Assembly (NCBI GenBank): GCA_035221665.1
Contig: CM069141.1
Span: forward strand, 25,358,001-25,422,000
DNA length: 64,000 bases
Reading direction: 5' to 3'
Origin: Okamejei kenojei
Taxonomy: Eukaryota
Shown here: positions 13,233-26,991 of the stretch, in pieces
Layout: the number at the start of each line of letters is the position of its first letter
Position numbering within the stretch: position 1 is the first letter of the stretch
The notes under the pieces: model-generated
Seen by the model: the letters and a program-made list of their open reading frames with translations, nothing else
Told to the model about the DNA's origin: nothing
The model's database searches: none
Program-made: the position numbers and the translations under genes

Positions 13233-13779
13233 GCACTATCCTTCCTTAATTCTATATGTTTCTGCATCCTCACAAGCACCTGAAGCAGTGCTAGTGATCA
13301 TCCTCCCTAACATTTTCACTTTCAGTAAACTCAGATCATTAACCGTTTTACACTTTTTTTCTGTTTAAAAAACAACAATATATTTATTGGGCTTTGAAAT
13401 GAAACCTAATGAAATTAACTTTGTTTTGGTACTTTTCAGAAACCCGTTATCGATGATAGAGGTTTTACAAGTATAGGTTTACAAGGTTTACCCTGCTAGA
13501 GAAAGTATGTTACTGAGCTGGGAATGTTGCAAAAAAAAATCCACAAGGATGTTAAAGAGTCTGTAAAGTATGGGATAGAAGCATAGGTTGGGTTTACCTG
13601 AAGTGTAGGTGGCTGAGGGGTAACTTTATTGAGTTATATAGAATCATGCAGTGTATGGGAAAGAAGCACATGCCACAGTCTATTATCCTGGGGAGGAGAG
13701 TATAAAAGAAGAGAGCATGGGTCTAAGATGAGAAGTAGCCTGGGCACAGATGTGGCGTAGACGGAGGAATTGGGCGGCA

Positions 13780-16043
13780 GGTAACTGGGTATTCAAGGGT
13801 ATACTTCCTATCGAAAAGACTGACTGGTGGGCAGAAGGGGTGGGGTAGCTCTGTTGGTGAGGAATGAAATTCAGTCCCTGGCAAGGGGTGACATTGAAAC
13901 AGGAGATGTGGAGTCAGTATGGATAGAACTAAGGAATTGAAAGGGTATAAAGACCCTAATGGGACTTATCTACAGGCCCCCAAACAGTAGTCTGGATATA
14001 GGGTGCAAGTTGAATCGGGAGTTAGAATTGGCATGTAGTAAAGGTTTTTATGGGAGATTTCAACATACAGGTCGACTGGGAAAATCAGGTTGGTACTGGA
14101 CCCCAAGAAAGGAAGTTTGTGGAGTGCCTCCATGGTGGATTCTTAGAGCAGCTTGTATTGGATCCTACCAGGGAGAAGGCAATTCTGGATTTAGTGTTAT
14201 GTAATGAACCGGATTTGATAAAGGAACTTGAGGTTAATGAGCCATTTGCAGGCAGTGACCATAATATGGTCAGGTTTAATCTACAATTGGAGAGGGAGAA
14301 GGGTAAATCAGAGGTGTCTATGTTACAATTGAATAAAGGGGAATATGGAGCCATGAGGGAGGAGCTGCTCAAAGTTGACTGGAAAGATACCCTAGCAGGG
14401 ATGACAGTGGAACAACAATGGCAGGTATTTCTGAGAATAATACAGAAGGTGCATGATTTGTTCATTCCAAAGAGGAAAAAAGATTCCAAGGGGAGTAAAG
14501 CGTGACCATGGCTGACAAGGGACATCAGGGACAGTATAAAAATAAACGAGAAGAAGTACAACGTAGTTAAAAGATAAGCGGGAAGCAAGAGGATTGGGTA
14601 ATGTTTAAAGAGCAACAAAAGATAACTAAAAAGACAATACGGGGAGAAAAGATGGGGTACGAAGGTAAGTTAGCCAAGAAAATAAAGGAGGATAGTAACA
14701 GCTTCTTTAGGTATGTGAAGAGGAACAAATTAGTTAAGACCAAAGTTGGACCCTTGAAGACTGAAAAAGTTGAATTTATTATGGGGATCAAAGAAACAGC
14801 AGATAAATTGAACAGGTACTTTGGATCTGTCTTCACCAAGGAGGACACAAACAATCTTCCTGATATACTAGTGGCCAGAGGATCTGGGTTGACGGAGGAA
14901 CTGAAGAAAATCCACTTTAGGCAGAAAATGGTGTTGAATAGACTTATGGGACTGAAGGCTGATAAATCCCCAGGGCCTGATGGTCTGTATCCCAGGGTAC
15001 TTAAGGAAGTTGCTCTAGAAATCGTGGATGCATTGGTGATAATTTTCCAATGTTCGACAGATTCAGGATCAGTTCCTGTGGATTGGATGCTATCCTACTT
15101 TTTAAGAAAGATGGGAGAGAGAAAACAGGGAATTATAGTCCAGTTAGCCTGGTAGGGAAGATGCTGGAGTCACTTATAAAAGATGAAACAGCGGCACATT
15201 TGGATAGCAGTAACAGGATCGGTCCAAGTCAGATGGATTTACGAAGGGAAAATCATGCTTGACTAATCTCTGGAATTTTTTTGAGGATGTAATTAGGGAA
15301 ATGGACAAGGGAGAGCCAGTGGATGTAGTGTACCTGGACTTTCAGAAAGCATTTGATAAGGTCCCACATAGGAGATTAGTGGGCAAAATTAGGGCATATG
15401 GTATTGGGGGTAGAGTACTGACATGGATAGAAAATTGGTTGGCAGTCAGAAAACAAAGAGTAGGTATTAATGGGTCCCTTTCAGAATGGCAGGCAGTGAC
15501 TAGAGGGGTACCGCAAGGCTCGGTGCTACGACCACAACTATTTATAATATACATCAATTAATTAGACGAAGGGACAAAAGTAACATTAGAAGATTTGCAG
15601 ATGACACAAAGCTGGGTGGCAGTGTGAACTTTGAGGAAGATGCTATGAGAATGCAGGGTGACTTGGACAGGTTCGGTGAGTGGGCAGATGCATGGATGAT
15701 GCAGTTTAATGTGGATAAATGTGAGGTTATCCACTTTGGTATCAAAAACAGGAAGGCAGATTACTATCTAAATGGTTTGAAGTTGGGAAAAGGAAAAAGA
15801 TTACTATCTAAATGGTTTGAAGTTGGGAAAAGGGGAAGTACAACTGGATCTGGGGGTCCTTGTTCATCAGACAATGAAAGTAAGTATGCATGTACAGCAG
15901 GCAGTGAAGAAAGCAAATGGCATGTTGTCCTTTATAATAAGAGGAGTTGAGTATGGGAGTAAATAGGTCCTCCTGCAGTTGTACAGGGCCCTAGGGAGAC
16001 CACACCTGGAGTATTGTGTGCAGTTTTGGTCCCCAAATTTGAG
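13780..16043 (+). mobile_element. CR1 LINE ORF2 (APE endonuclease plus RT), degraded and 3' truncated
   Basis: IYRPPN, MGDFN, ILDLVL, GSDH, KSPGPDG, YLDFQKAFDKVPH, GVPQGSVL, FADDTKL, with frameshifts and stops. 40-bp internal tandem duplication at about 15758-15835. Confidence 0.95.
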
Positions 16044-16215
16044 AAGCAGGGTGTAAACAGGAAGTAAGTGTTGTCAAGATAGCTATGGGAATCAGTAGGT
16101 TTGTTGTAGATGTCGGTCAATAGACTGTTACCTGTGATGGAGACGGTGAGATCTAGAAATGGTAGGGAGATGTTGGAGATGGACCAATTTGAGTGCAGGA
16201 TGGAAATTAGTGTTG
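16044..16215 (-). mobile_element. Penelope-like RT fragment
   Basis: TDIYNKPTDSHSYLD and NFHPALK, homologous to 32250-32400. Confidence 0.8.
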
Positions 16216-17019
16216 AAGTTGATGAAGTCCTGATCTAACTCACCATCAAACCTGTTAAAACCAGTTGAAAGCGAAAAAAGATACAAATGCTGGAAATCTG
16301 TATTAAAAACGGGGAATACTGTAAACACCCAGCAAGTCAGGCAGCATATACGGAGTGAGAAGCAATTTGTAGTTGATGACATTTCATAAAATAATGATGC
16401 TACTTAAATGATGCTGAGCATGATGAGATTTTTCAATTGTCTGTCATCACTATTAAATATTGTCTTTGACATTCAATAATCTTCAAAAACTATTCAATGA
16501 TCAAAACACAGGAAAGATTCAAAAAAAGAAAAAGTAGAATGAATCTAAAAAAAAGACAAGAGTATAAATAAAAACTCAAAACAACTTTAAAATATTTACT
16601 TAAAGTCAAATAATTCTAAAAAAAAGTGTAAACTTGTATAAAACCTACCTCGGAGATGAATCCATTCATAGCTCTCACAACAGGCTTAGGTGGTGTAAGC
16701 TTTGTGAATTGATTTACCATGTTAAGTGCAGGAGTATGCCCCATCATAGGCCTCTTACAGTGATGCACAGGTCAAGAAAGGTGGGTGAAGAATGTCGAGC
16801 AGGTTTTGGACTTTGGCACATTTCTGTGCTAAATAATACTCAACAATTTATCAAGATGCTTATTCAGGTATCTACTTTAGTTTGCTTTGATGATGGCAGA
16901 AAGAGAAACCTATCACATTTTCCAATAAAATGCTTTCATTTTCATGCCTCATTCTTATAACAACATTGAAGGAGACAACTCAACCCTTGGGTCCATGCTA
17001 GGTTCCGAGGTAACCCCAT

Positions 17020-17328
17020 ATGTTCTATTTCAACCAGACCATCTTGAATGTCTCCAACTACATTTAATCTGTTTGCTTTTTTGTTACCTTCTCCCAGCTG
17101 TGATCTATTCTACATTTTCCTTGAACTTCATCCCCTTTGTCCCGTTTTCATACCTTACACTTCCTTATTTATGTATCTTCCTCTCCCCTGACTTCAGTCT
17201 GAAGAAGGGTCTCGACCCAAAATGGCACCCATTCCTTCTATCCAGAGATGCTGTCTGTTCCGCTAAGTTACTCCAGCATTTTGTGTCTGTCTTCGGTTTA
17301 AACCAGCAACTGCTGTTTCTTCTTACAC
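17020..17328 (+). mobile_element. Penelope 3' end with terminal repeat (hammerhead-like core at about 17199)
   Basis: Pyrimidine-rich segment leading into CTGAAGAAGGGTCTCGACCCAAAA and the recurring CCAGAGATGCTG...TTACTCCAGCATTTTGTGTC unit. Confidence 0.65.
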
Positions 17329-18759
17329 CTATCATCGCTTATCAGTTTAAACCAGAATTTGCAGTTTTCGTCCTGCACATGCTTATTTATTTCCCTTTTC
17401 ACAGGCCCGTCAACTCTCCTTTCATTCTTATTTTTTCCATTAAACGTCTCTGAAGGGTATTTTTACAACAGCAGCAGCTAACTAACCCACAAGACTGCCT
17501 TTCGAATATGGGAGGAAACAAAACATACATGAAGGAAATCCAGGGTCACAGAAAAGCATGGAAATGGTGTGCCGACAGCAAACCCCAGGACAGACCTCCC
17601 GAGTCCCTGGAGCTGTGAGGCTGCAGCACTAACTGAACTGTAGTGCCCAATGCCCAAATTAAATATAATGTCAAATAGTTTAGTGAAAGCTCACTTGTCT
17701 AAAACATTGATTCATTTTCTTTGTCCATTGAAAATGCCTGATCCCCAGAGCATTTCCTGTACTTTCTATATTTATAGCAGGCATCTATATTGTTTGATTT
17801 AATTGAGAGAACAGAACTCATTGTCTGTGTGCAAACAATTTGTTTGAAATATGAATGTGAGCAAATCCATTTGACATTTAATCAACTAAAGATAATTTGT
17901 AACCACAGGAACAAAATGGGCATAGGGCAGATCTTTATTATCTCTTAATTTGTTTTTTTTTTTTTTTTTGTCCTGATTGTCCATTATTCTTTTCTCACAT
18001 AGAAAATTGTATCATTCCTGACCATGACATTTTTGGTAAAACGTCTTTATCAAGATCAATCTGCAAAAATTACTTTCAATGTTACAATATTCCAGTAATT
18101 AAGCAAGTATAATAGAGGAACGACAGAGGCAATTGTAATGAAAATTCAGCAGAAATGACCACTGGTGCTGGCTGAGGGCACAAAATAAACATGTTCACTG
18201 TGTACCCCTTTGCTGATGGCAGAATAGAGATTTCAAAAACAAAAAAACAGAAAGTACTGCAAACACACATTACAAGTACAGAGGGGACAAGTTAATAGTT
18301 TGTGTGCAGGCACAAGAAACTACAGATGCGGGATCCTGCTGGAGGAAGTTAACAGAGCAGGCAGCATCCGTGGAGAGAAATGAAGAGTCAATGTTTTGGG
18401 TCAAGATCCTTCATCTGGACTGATGAAAGGACATTTCCCCAGAAACATCAAATGAACATTTCTCTTCATGAAGCTGCCTGACTTGCTAAGTTCCTCCAGC
18501 AACTCAAATTTTTGTTCTCGGTTTCAGAGGGACCTTTCTTCAGGGGCAGTAATAGAATAGAGCATTCAGTTGAATTTTGAATGCCCTACATCCTAATCTC
18601 ATCTACATACAGGAGGATACTACACTGCTCCTAGCAAAACTGCCTAGTTTTGGATAGGCACATGGATATGCCTAGAGTTTGGCTTGGCATCATGTTCAGC
18701 ACAGACATTATGGGCCGAAGGGCCTGTAACTGTGCAGTTCACCTCACTTCCTACAAGTC

Positions 18760-18990
18760 ATGAGTTGGATTGGAAGATCTACAAGACAAATGGGAAGTTG
18801 TTCAACTTACGTTGCTTTCACTCCAGAACCAAGATTACCCAACATCAAGCTGCAGTACACAGACAACACACGTATATGTACATATTCAAAGGCTGAGCTT
18901 CAAGTCATTGCTATGTCGCTCATTGAACCATATGAGAAGATGGACCATACACCCCATATCTGTAAAGCAAATGTTATCCGCTTTGCTGAT
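18760..18990 (+). mobile_element. RTE-type LINE RT fragment
   Basis: IYKTNGKLFNLRCFHSRTK then IKLQYTD..ELQVIA, resembling the RTE/BovB YRxDGKLFNLRRL...ELQYADD region. Confidence 0.6.
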
Positions 18991-19957
18991 TTATGGTGAT
19001 GCCTGGTCCATAACCACTCAAAATGGAAAAGTAACATTCACAATACCTTTCAGTTACTTGAATCCATTTGATGGGAACTCTTGCCTGCTGCATCAGGGAT
19101 CTTGTCCCACCTGCTGCAGATTCTGCGGGTCCCACATTGGCTTCTTGAGCTTACTGCCTGTAAGCCTCCAGCAGTAGAATGGAAACAGGTTTTCCTCAAT
19201 CATGAAATTTGTGGAAGTGCTAGGGAGGAACCGCAGATGCTGGTTTAAACTGAAGGCAGACACATAAAGCTGGAGTAACTCGGTGTCTCTGGAGAAAAGG
19301 AATAGGCAGTGTTTCAGGTTGAGACCCTTCTTCAGACTGCTTCAGATACTTATGAATGATGGATATTATGGCTGGGAATATATGTAGAAAAATACTGATC
19401 AACTGTAAAAAAATTCTCCCAGTGTATACAGTATCAATAGTTCTGAGAGAAATGCCCAAAGCTGGTAATTCTCTGAGTAATAGATTGGTATTGCAGTAAA
19501 GTAAAATGTTGGACAGTGGATAAATACTGTATATTATATATGAACATTTAGAATATCAAAGTTTTATATCAACAATGTTTTTGGACTTCCAGCAGCTGCA
19601 ATTTTCTTTTGTATTATTATCTACATATTCATTTTTTAAGCAGAATGAAGAATGTTATAAAGTCTGATTAATTAATCTTTTGCTGCATAGCTCACGAGGA
19701 GTAAGTCACGGGAGACACAGTGCAGTCTTCAGGTGAGCAATGAGAGAGAGAATCAACTAATTCAATCAGGATGTACAGATGTACCTGTATCAGATTGTAC
19801 AATTATTTCCTTAATTGCCTCTGAGTCTGCACTATCATTAGATCATTAATACAAAAGTTGGCTATAATATGGAATTAAATGTGGAATAAATGGTAATGGG
19901 GGATTTATGTAGTTTTATGTCTTAATACAACAGTGCTGTATTCAAGTTTATATTAAC

Positions 19958-21005
19958 TGATCCCTTTCAGAATGGCAGGCAGTGACTAGTGGGGTACCGC
20001 AAGGCTCGATGCGGGGACTGCAGCTATTTACAATATACAGTAATGGTTTAGATGAAGGGATTAAAATTAACATTAGCAAATTTGCAGATGACACAAAGCT
20101 GGGTGGCAGTGTGAACTGTGAGAAGGATGCTATGCAGAGTGACTTGGACAGGTTGGGTGAGTGGACAGATGCATGGCAGATGCAGTTTAATGTGGATAAA
20201 TGTGAGGTTATCCACTTTGGTGGCAAAAACAGGAAGGCAGATTATTATCTGAATGGTGTCAAGTTGGAAAAAGGGGAAGTACAACGAGATCTGCGGTTCC
20301 TTGTTCATCTGTCACTGAAAGTAAGCATACAGGTACAGCAGGCAGTGAAGAAAACTAATGGCATGTTGGCCTTCATAACAAGAGGAGTTAAATATAGGAG
20401 CAAAGAGGTCCTTCTGCAGTTGAACTGGGCCCTAGTGAGACTACACTTGGAGTATTGTGTGCAGTTTTGGTCTCCAAATTTGAGGAAGGACATTCTTGCT
20501 ATTGAGGGAGTGTAGTGTTGGTTCACAAGGTTAATTCCTGGTATGGCAGGATTATCATATGTTGATAGAATGGAGCGGCTGGGCTTGTATACTCTGGAAT
20601 TTAGAAGGATGAGAGGAGATCTTATTGAAACATATAAGATTATTAAGGGATTGGACATGCTAGAGGCAGGAAACATGTTCCCGATGTTGGGGAAGTCCAG
20701 AACCAGGGGCCAAAGTTTAAGAATAAGGGGTAGGCCATTTAGAATGGAGATGAGCAAAAACCTTTTCACCCGGAGAGTTGTGAATCTGTGGAATTCTCTG
20801 CCTCAGAAGACAGTGGAGGCCAATTCTCTGGATGCTTTCAAGAGAGAGTTAGATAGAGCTCTTAAAGATAGCGGAGTCAGGGGATATGGTGAGAAGGCAG
20901 GAACGGGGTACTGATTGTGGATGATTAGCCATGATCACAGTGAATGGCGGTGCTGGCTCAAAGGGCCGAATGACCTACTGCACCTATTGTCTATTGTCTA
21001 TTGGT
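19958..21005 (+). mobile_element. 5'-truncated CR1 LINE with 3' UTR and (CTATTGT)n tail
   Basis: GVPQGS, FADDTKL, WQMQFNVDKC, HLEYCVQFWSP, RGDLIETYKI, RVVNLWNSLP. Confidence 0.95.
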
Positions 21006-21093
21006 TGATAGAAGAATTATCCAATTACCTAGACTTAAAGGCATTTAGAGGCATTGGAAAGTCTTTTTGCACAATTATTATATCTTTATTGTG

Positions 21094-21096
<3 letters not shown>

Positions 21097-21150
<54 letters not shown>

Positions 21151-21220
21151 CATAATATATACACAATATATACACAAATACACATTATATAAATCACACA
21201 CACACACATACATACACACA
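21097..21220. repeat. (TA)n/(CA)n microsatellite
   Basis: Directly visible. Confidence 0.95.
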
Positions 21221-21259
21221 AAACAATAATAGTCTGATAATAATAACAATTGCCTATGT

Positions 21260-21710
21260 AGTTCAGAGCTTATTTGAGTTTGTAGTGTTTAATAGCTGAA
21301 TGCCTATGGGGAAGAAGCTTTTCATGAACCTGGACGTTACAGTTTACAGGCTTCTTCCCGATGGCAGGGGTGAAATGCGTGTGTGAGCAGGGTGGTGTGG
21401 ATCTCTGATAATGCTGGCTGCCTTTTTGAGGCAGCGACTGGTAAATCCCTTAGATGGTTGGGAGGTCAGAGCCGGTGATGGATTGGGCAGTGTTCACAAC
21501 CTTTTGCAGTCTTCTTCACTCCTGGGCATTCAAGTTGCCGAACCAGGCCGTGATGCAACCAGTCAATATGCTCTCTACTGTTTAGCTGCAGAATTTCAAG
21601 AGAATCCTCTCTGACATATAAAATCTCCGTAATCTTCTCAGGAAGGAGAGCTGTTGATGTGCTTTCATTATAATTGCATCAGTGTGCTGTATCCAGGAAA
21701 GTCCTTCGGA
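21260..21710 (-). mobile_element. Rex1/Babar-type LINE 3' fragment
   Basis: ATAATGCTGGCTGCCTTTTTGAGGCAGCGACT is the reverse complement of the RCLKKAA-II motif seen at about 47170. Confidence 0.7.
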
Positions 21711-23619
21711 AACTACTTGCCCCGCACATCTCCTTTAAGCTTTCCCTCTCAGACCTTATAGTTATGCCCTCGAGTAATTGACACTGAAAACTTGAGTATT
21801 TGATACTTGCACTCTAAGAATAACATTTTTACTAGATGCAGCTTTCTAATTTATATTTCTCTCTGAATTATTTATTTTATAATCCTTCACTAATTTGTTG
21901 AGGTGTAGACCATTTGGGTGCCTTTCCACTTAGGTTCAAATGCCATGCTTCCCTTATTGCACCATCAGTAACTCATAATTTTACTAACTTACTGGGTAAA
22001 TATATGTTGAACTAAGTGGTGTTCAGCCATGTCTAATGAACAGCAGATACAACTAAATGCAAAAATCGAGCATAATCATAATCATAATAATCATAATCAT
22101 GTTAGTACTTTATTAGCCATGTATGTTATGCAACATATGAGGAATTTGATTTGCCATACAGTCATACCAATAAAGAGCACAAAGACACCCAAATAAATTT
22201 TTAACATGAACATCCACCACAGCGACTCCCCCACATTCCTTACTGTGTTGGAAGGCAAAAAAAAGTTCAATCTTGTTCCCTTCTTTGTTCTCCCGTGGTC
22301 GGGGCACTCAGACCAGCTGGCAGTCGAGCCCTCCGCATCGGGGCGATCAAGCAGGATGTCTACATATTATAATCAGACTTGTTAATGTCTTGATCATCAT
22401 AATAATAACAATGTGATGATTATTTGCGTTGATTGATACCTTCCAGTAACAATTATCTTTTATTTATCTCAGAAGTCTGAATTAGGTTAAACTATAATAG
22501 TTTATTATACACCTGGTTGTCAATTGTATTTATTGAGATGTTATTTCATTTTAAACATGTATAACCTTTGTGTCTAATCTTTTTGACATTAGCCTCAGTG
22601 ATTAATGAGTTGCGGGGATTAGATAGTAGAACAAGATGAAGTTGAATGCCTGAGGTTATACCGAGGTACATCAATCATTTGTCAATGCACACCATCAAAA
22701 ATCGTTACTGCCAATATATAATGCCTCAGAGTCTCAGGTTTAATTTATGAAGAAATACATTTTCTGACGTAGTGTGATTATCTAATCTATTAACGCAATG
22801 TAATCAAGCAAGGTTGCTGGTGAAGTCAATCATAAATTGGAATAATCATACGTCATTATTTGTAGGTTGATCACGGGTACTATATTTTATTATATTAATC
22901 GAGGAAACCTCATTCTGGTTCAAGATGCTAAATGTTTACTTTGTTTAAATCTTAGTTATTCCCCGAGAAATTAGGTTTGCCCTGGGGCTCAATGAAGAAG
23001 ATCTGAAAGGCAGAGCTGGGCAAAATAAATGACTAATATTATTTCACTGAGTTCAATATAGGCTTTGATTTGAATTATAATAAAATACAAGATGTGTTAT
23101 AGACACTGCTCACTACACCACTATTCCTTGACAATATCCAGTCAAGAAATTATTGTATTAAAGCACAGACATTAGACTCTTTATTCTACATGAATGTCAA
23201 TTAGAAATAATCTATGCCAATAAGATTATGGTGCATACCAACATGTGGATTCCAGAATTCAATATAATGTTGTACTTTTTTTTAAATGGGTTAAAAATTC
23301 ACTTTTGAAATGTATTACATTTTCCAACAGTTCAACTGAAACATATTCTGTTTTATACATTGGATGACAATGATAATATGGAGGGACATCATGTGAAGCA
23401 AAGCAAAGTTCACATTTAGCTGTTAGGCCATGAGCTGAAAATTGGGAGTTAAGATTCTTCTTTCTCTCTTCTTAAATGTATGGCTTCTAGTTCTTGATAT
23501 ACTAACAATGGGAAAAATGGTTACAGTATATTAAAATAGACATTCACCCTATCTCTGCCCCTCAAGATTTTATACACCTCTGTAATGTCATCAATATAAT
23601 AAAATACATTTTAAGGTTC

Positions 23620-24195
23620 TGGTACGACTCCCGAATGCAGGTACTTCAGAGCCACCTATCATAGTCAAAAACCAGGCTCAAGTTCAAGAAAATAGTATTT
23701 TATTTAGTTAAAACCCCAACCTGATTCAAACAACCCAGTCAAGGACAAGAATAAACTAATAAACAAAGATAACAGTGCTCCAGCCAGCCTCGCAATGGGC
23801 CGTCGAACTAGAGTCTCTAACCTGCCTAAATGGAAATAACCCTAAAACTAAATACACGAAAACCCTCAGGTCAGCCCTTATCCATCCCAATTCAATTTTA
23901 ATTGACAAATGTAAGTAATAATACACAAAGTTCTATGCCATGTGGCCAGGCCTCCTGCAGTTCAAACCACAGTCTGTTCATGAGTCAGGGTCGACGAAGA
24001 GAGAGAGAGTTCTGGGAGACTCCTGGTATTTAAGCTTTCGATGAGTCACCCGTCACCTGACGCAGCTTGGCCAATCGGGTACAGGAGCCCTTAACCCCTT
24101 GATTCCTGACTCCCAGCCACGGGGCCTGCACTCAGGAGAGAAACAGAAGAGTTAAGTACATAGCATTCACCAGAGGGGGTGGGAAGTACCTAACA
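23620..24195 (-). mobile_element. Solo LTR, 576 bp
   Basis: TG...CA ends (TGGTACG / CCTAACA), GGTTC 5-bp TSD at 23615-19 and 24196-200, minus-strand TTAAATA and AATAAA, plus CCAAT and TGAGTCA motifs. Confidence 0.7.
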
Positions 24196-24199
24196 GGTT

Positions 24200-24546
24200 C
24201 ATAAGTTCACAAGTGATAGGAGCAGAATTAGGCAATCCGGCCCAACAAGCCTACTCCACAATTCAATCATAGCTGATCTATCTTTCCCTATTAACCCCAT
24301 TCTCCTGCCTTCTCCCCATAACCCATGACACCCGTACCAATCAAGACTACCTCTGCCTTAAAAATATCCATTGACTTGGCCTCCACAGCCTTCTGGGAAA
24401 ATGAATTCCACAGATTCACCACCATTTAATTAAATAAATTCCTCCTCATCTCCTTCCTAAAGGAATATCCTTTTATTGTGATGCTATGGCCTCTGGTCCT
24501 AGACTTTCCCACTATTGAAACATCCTCTCCACATCCACTCTATCCA
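24200..24546 (-). mobile_element. CR1 LINE 3' end
   Basis: Reverse complement of GGTGAATCTGTGGAATTC...CAGAAGGCTGTGGAGGCCAAGTCA and the 3' UTR. Confidence 0.85.
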
Positions 24547-24744
24547 GCTGGCAGAAGAAAGAAATTTGCTTGCACATTTTTGTGCATTACCTAAATTAAT
24601 TTGATCGATAACCAAACTTTAAAACCCTATCAAGTCTGAGGTAAATGCGAACTGCATGCTTCAGTAAATTCTACCTGCCCTCCTTGAGTGTATGTCATGT
24701 ACATACACATGGGTCACTGAACTTTCACACTGATAACATATGAT

Positions 24745-25162
24745 GAGCATTTGTCGGCACTGGGCCTATATTCGCTGGAGTTGAGAAGAATGAGGGGGGA
24801 CCTCAATGAAACATTCAGACTAGTGAAAGGCTTGGATAGAGTCAATGTTTCCATGAGTGGGAGAGTCTCGGACTAGAGGTCAAAGCCTCAGATTTAAAGA
24901 ACGTTCTTTTAGGAAGGAGATGATGAGGAATTTCTTTAGTCAGAGGGTGGTGAATCTGTGGAATTATTTGCCGCAGAAGGCTGTGGAGGCAAAGTCAGTG
25001 GATATATTTAAGGCAGAGATAGATAGATTCTTGATTAGTACTGGTGTTGGAGGTTATGGGGTGAAGGCAAGAGAATGGGGTTAGGAGGGAGAGATAGATC
25101 AGCCATGGCTGAGTAAACTTGATAGGCCAAATGGCCTAATTCTATCATTTATGATCTTGTGA
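24745..25162 (+). mobile_element. CR1 LINE 3' end
   Basis: ESRTRGQSLR...FFSQRVVNLWNYLPQKAVEAKSVDIFK. Confidence 0.85.
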
Positions 25163-25879
25163 TGTCAAATAACATGTAGAACATGTTTGAGCAAAGTGTA
25201 CAATTTTCTTTTACAGTATACACCAGTGGCACATGCACACCACTAGTCATGATAAATGGGCTGGATTCCGATGTAGAGGTGAGGTTGATTCAGCAATATT
25301 TAAAGATAAACATTGCTTGTCCCATTCCCATGAACAGGTACTCCTTTCAGCATGGTGTTACAAATTCATTTGTATAATCAAACCCCACCTCGCCTCATCT
25401 TACATTGTCCTTTAGGCTGTCTTCAGATTAAAAAATTTGCCAGGGCAAATCTATTTGTTTTGTGTTTAAGGAAAGAATCGCCACTTAATTAGACTCTTGG
25501 GAGAATCAGTGCTGCATTCCCTGGAAACAATCTGTTTAACATCACATGCAGTGTAAATGCAATGCATTGGGAAATTTTATAAAGAAAGTCAAATAATCCC
25601 TTGGGATTCCTGAGCATTGAAAAAAAAATCTACAAACACCAATCCTCACTTTCCAGCATTTAAAATGTAGAGTGAATGGTTATATATGAATAAGATTCTA
25701 TGCACAATGCTTACCCAGGAGCACAATTCAACTTGCTAGTGCGAGCAGCAGTTGTTAAAATCTAGTCTATGCTCTCAGGTGGATTTAAAGGGTCCCATGG
25801 CACTCATTTACAAAAAGAGCATGAGAAATTGCTTCAATATTCTAATCAATATGTATCCCTCAAACACACTAACTTAGAA

Positions 25880-26083
25880 GTTAGACACAAAATACTGGAG
25901 TAACTCAGTGGGTCAGGCAGCATCTCTGGAGCATAGGGATAGGTGTTGTTTCAGGTCAAGACCCTTCTTTATTCTGAACTTCACATATTCCTTTTCTCCA
26001 GAGATGCTACCTGACCCGCTAAGTTTCTCTATTATTTTGTGTCTATCTTTGGTGTAAACCAGCATCTGCAGTTCCTTCCTACA
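25880..26083. repeat. Fold-back palindrome of the Penelope-end repeat
   Basis: TAGACACAAAATACTGGAGTAACTCAG...CATCTCTGGAG inverted against CTCCAGAGATG...ATTTTGTGTCTA. Confidence 0.75.
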
Positions 26084-26602
26084 CTAACTGTAGTGCTGGT
26101 ATTGTACAGTTTGGAGGCACTTGCTGTACTAAACTAATACCTACTCTTCCACAGTCACTCCAGTTCAAAGAGGTATTATTTGTTATAAAATCCTTTAGGA
26201 TATTGAGGTCATGAAACATGCGTTTAAATATAACCTATCCTTTTAATTTATCTAACCATGTTAATTAAGTGAAGTACTGCAATTTGCACAATGAGGAAAG
26301 ACCTGAAATATGTTAACTCTGTTTCTCTCTCACCACAGATTTACTAGAACTGTTTTTACTTTTGATATCCAGTATATACCATCATCCCATTGTCTTGAAG
26401 ATTTTAAAATACACATAACAAACCTGCTTCAAATATTCTTTCTATTGGCAGCCACCATGATCCACATAATGAATCGCCTGCTTACTTATGTAACCAACTG
26501 TATGATTTGGGTTCACTACAATGCAAAATATCTTTGGGGATTTTAGGCATCCCACATACAGATAAAAAATATATTCAGATCAGACATGTTCACTGCTCTG
26601 AC

Positions 26603-26735
26603 TCAGTCTGAAGAAGGGTCTCGACCCAAAACGTCACCTATTGCTTTTCTCCAGAGATGCTGTCTGACTCGCTGAGTTACTCCAGCTTTTTGTGTCTATC
26701 TTCTGTTTAAACCAGCATCTGCAGTTCCTTCCTAC
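26603..26735 (+). repeat. Penelope-end repeat (hammerhead-like core 26608-26635), target of the hAT insertion
   Basis: CTGAAGAAGGGTCTCGACCCAAAACGTC...GCAGTTCCTTCCTAC; its last bases resume after 33215. Confidence 0.75.
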
Positions 26736-26947
26736 CAGATCCGGATTTACGTATAAGCTAGACAAGCTTAAGCTTAGGGCCTCGAGATCTAGGGGGGCCT
26801 CTGCTCGCTGCACCAAGGTGTGTTAAACTTTTGAGATAGTGGCGTAATTACAAACCCTACCATCAGTGGCGCTGTGCGATAGTGGCGTTGTTACAAAACC
26901 TACCATCGGTGGCGCTGTGCTTGCGATTCCGGAGGCTTTGGTGGTGT

Positions 26948-26991
<44 letters not shown>

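Noticed and set aside
16944-17453. 169-aa hydrophobic ORF; also the 179-aa ORF at 57957-58496
   Set aside because: They read through Penelope-end repeats and have no coherent protein signature.
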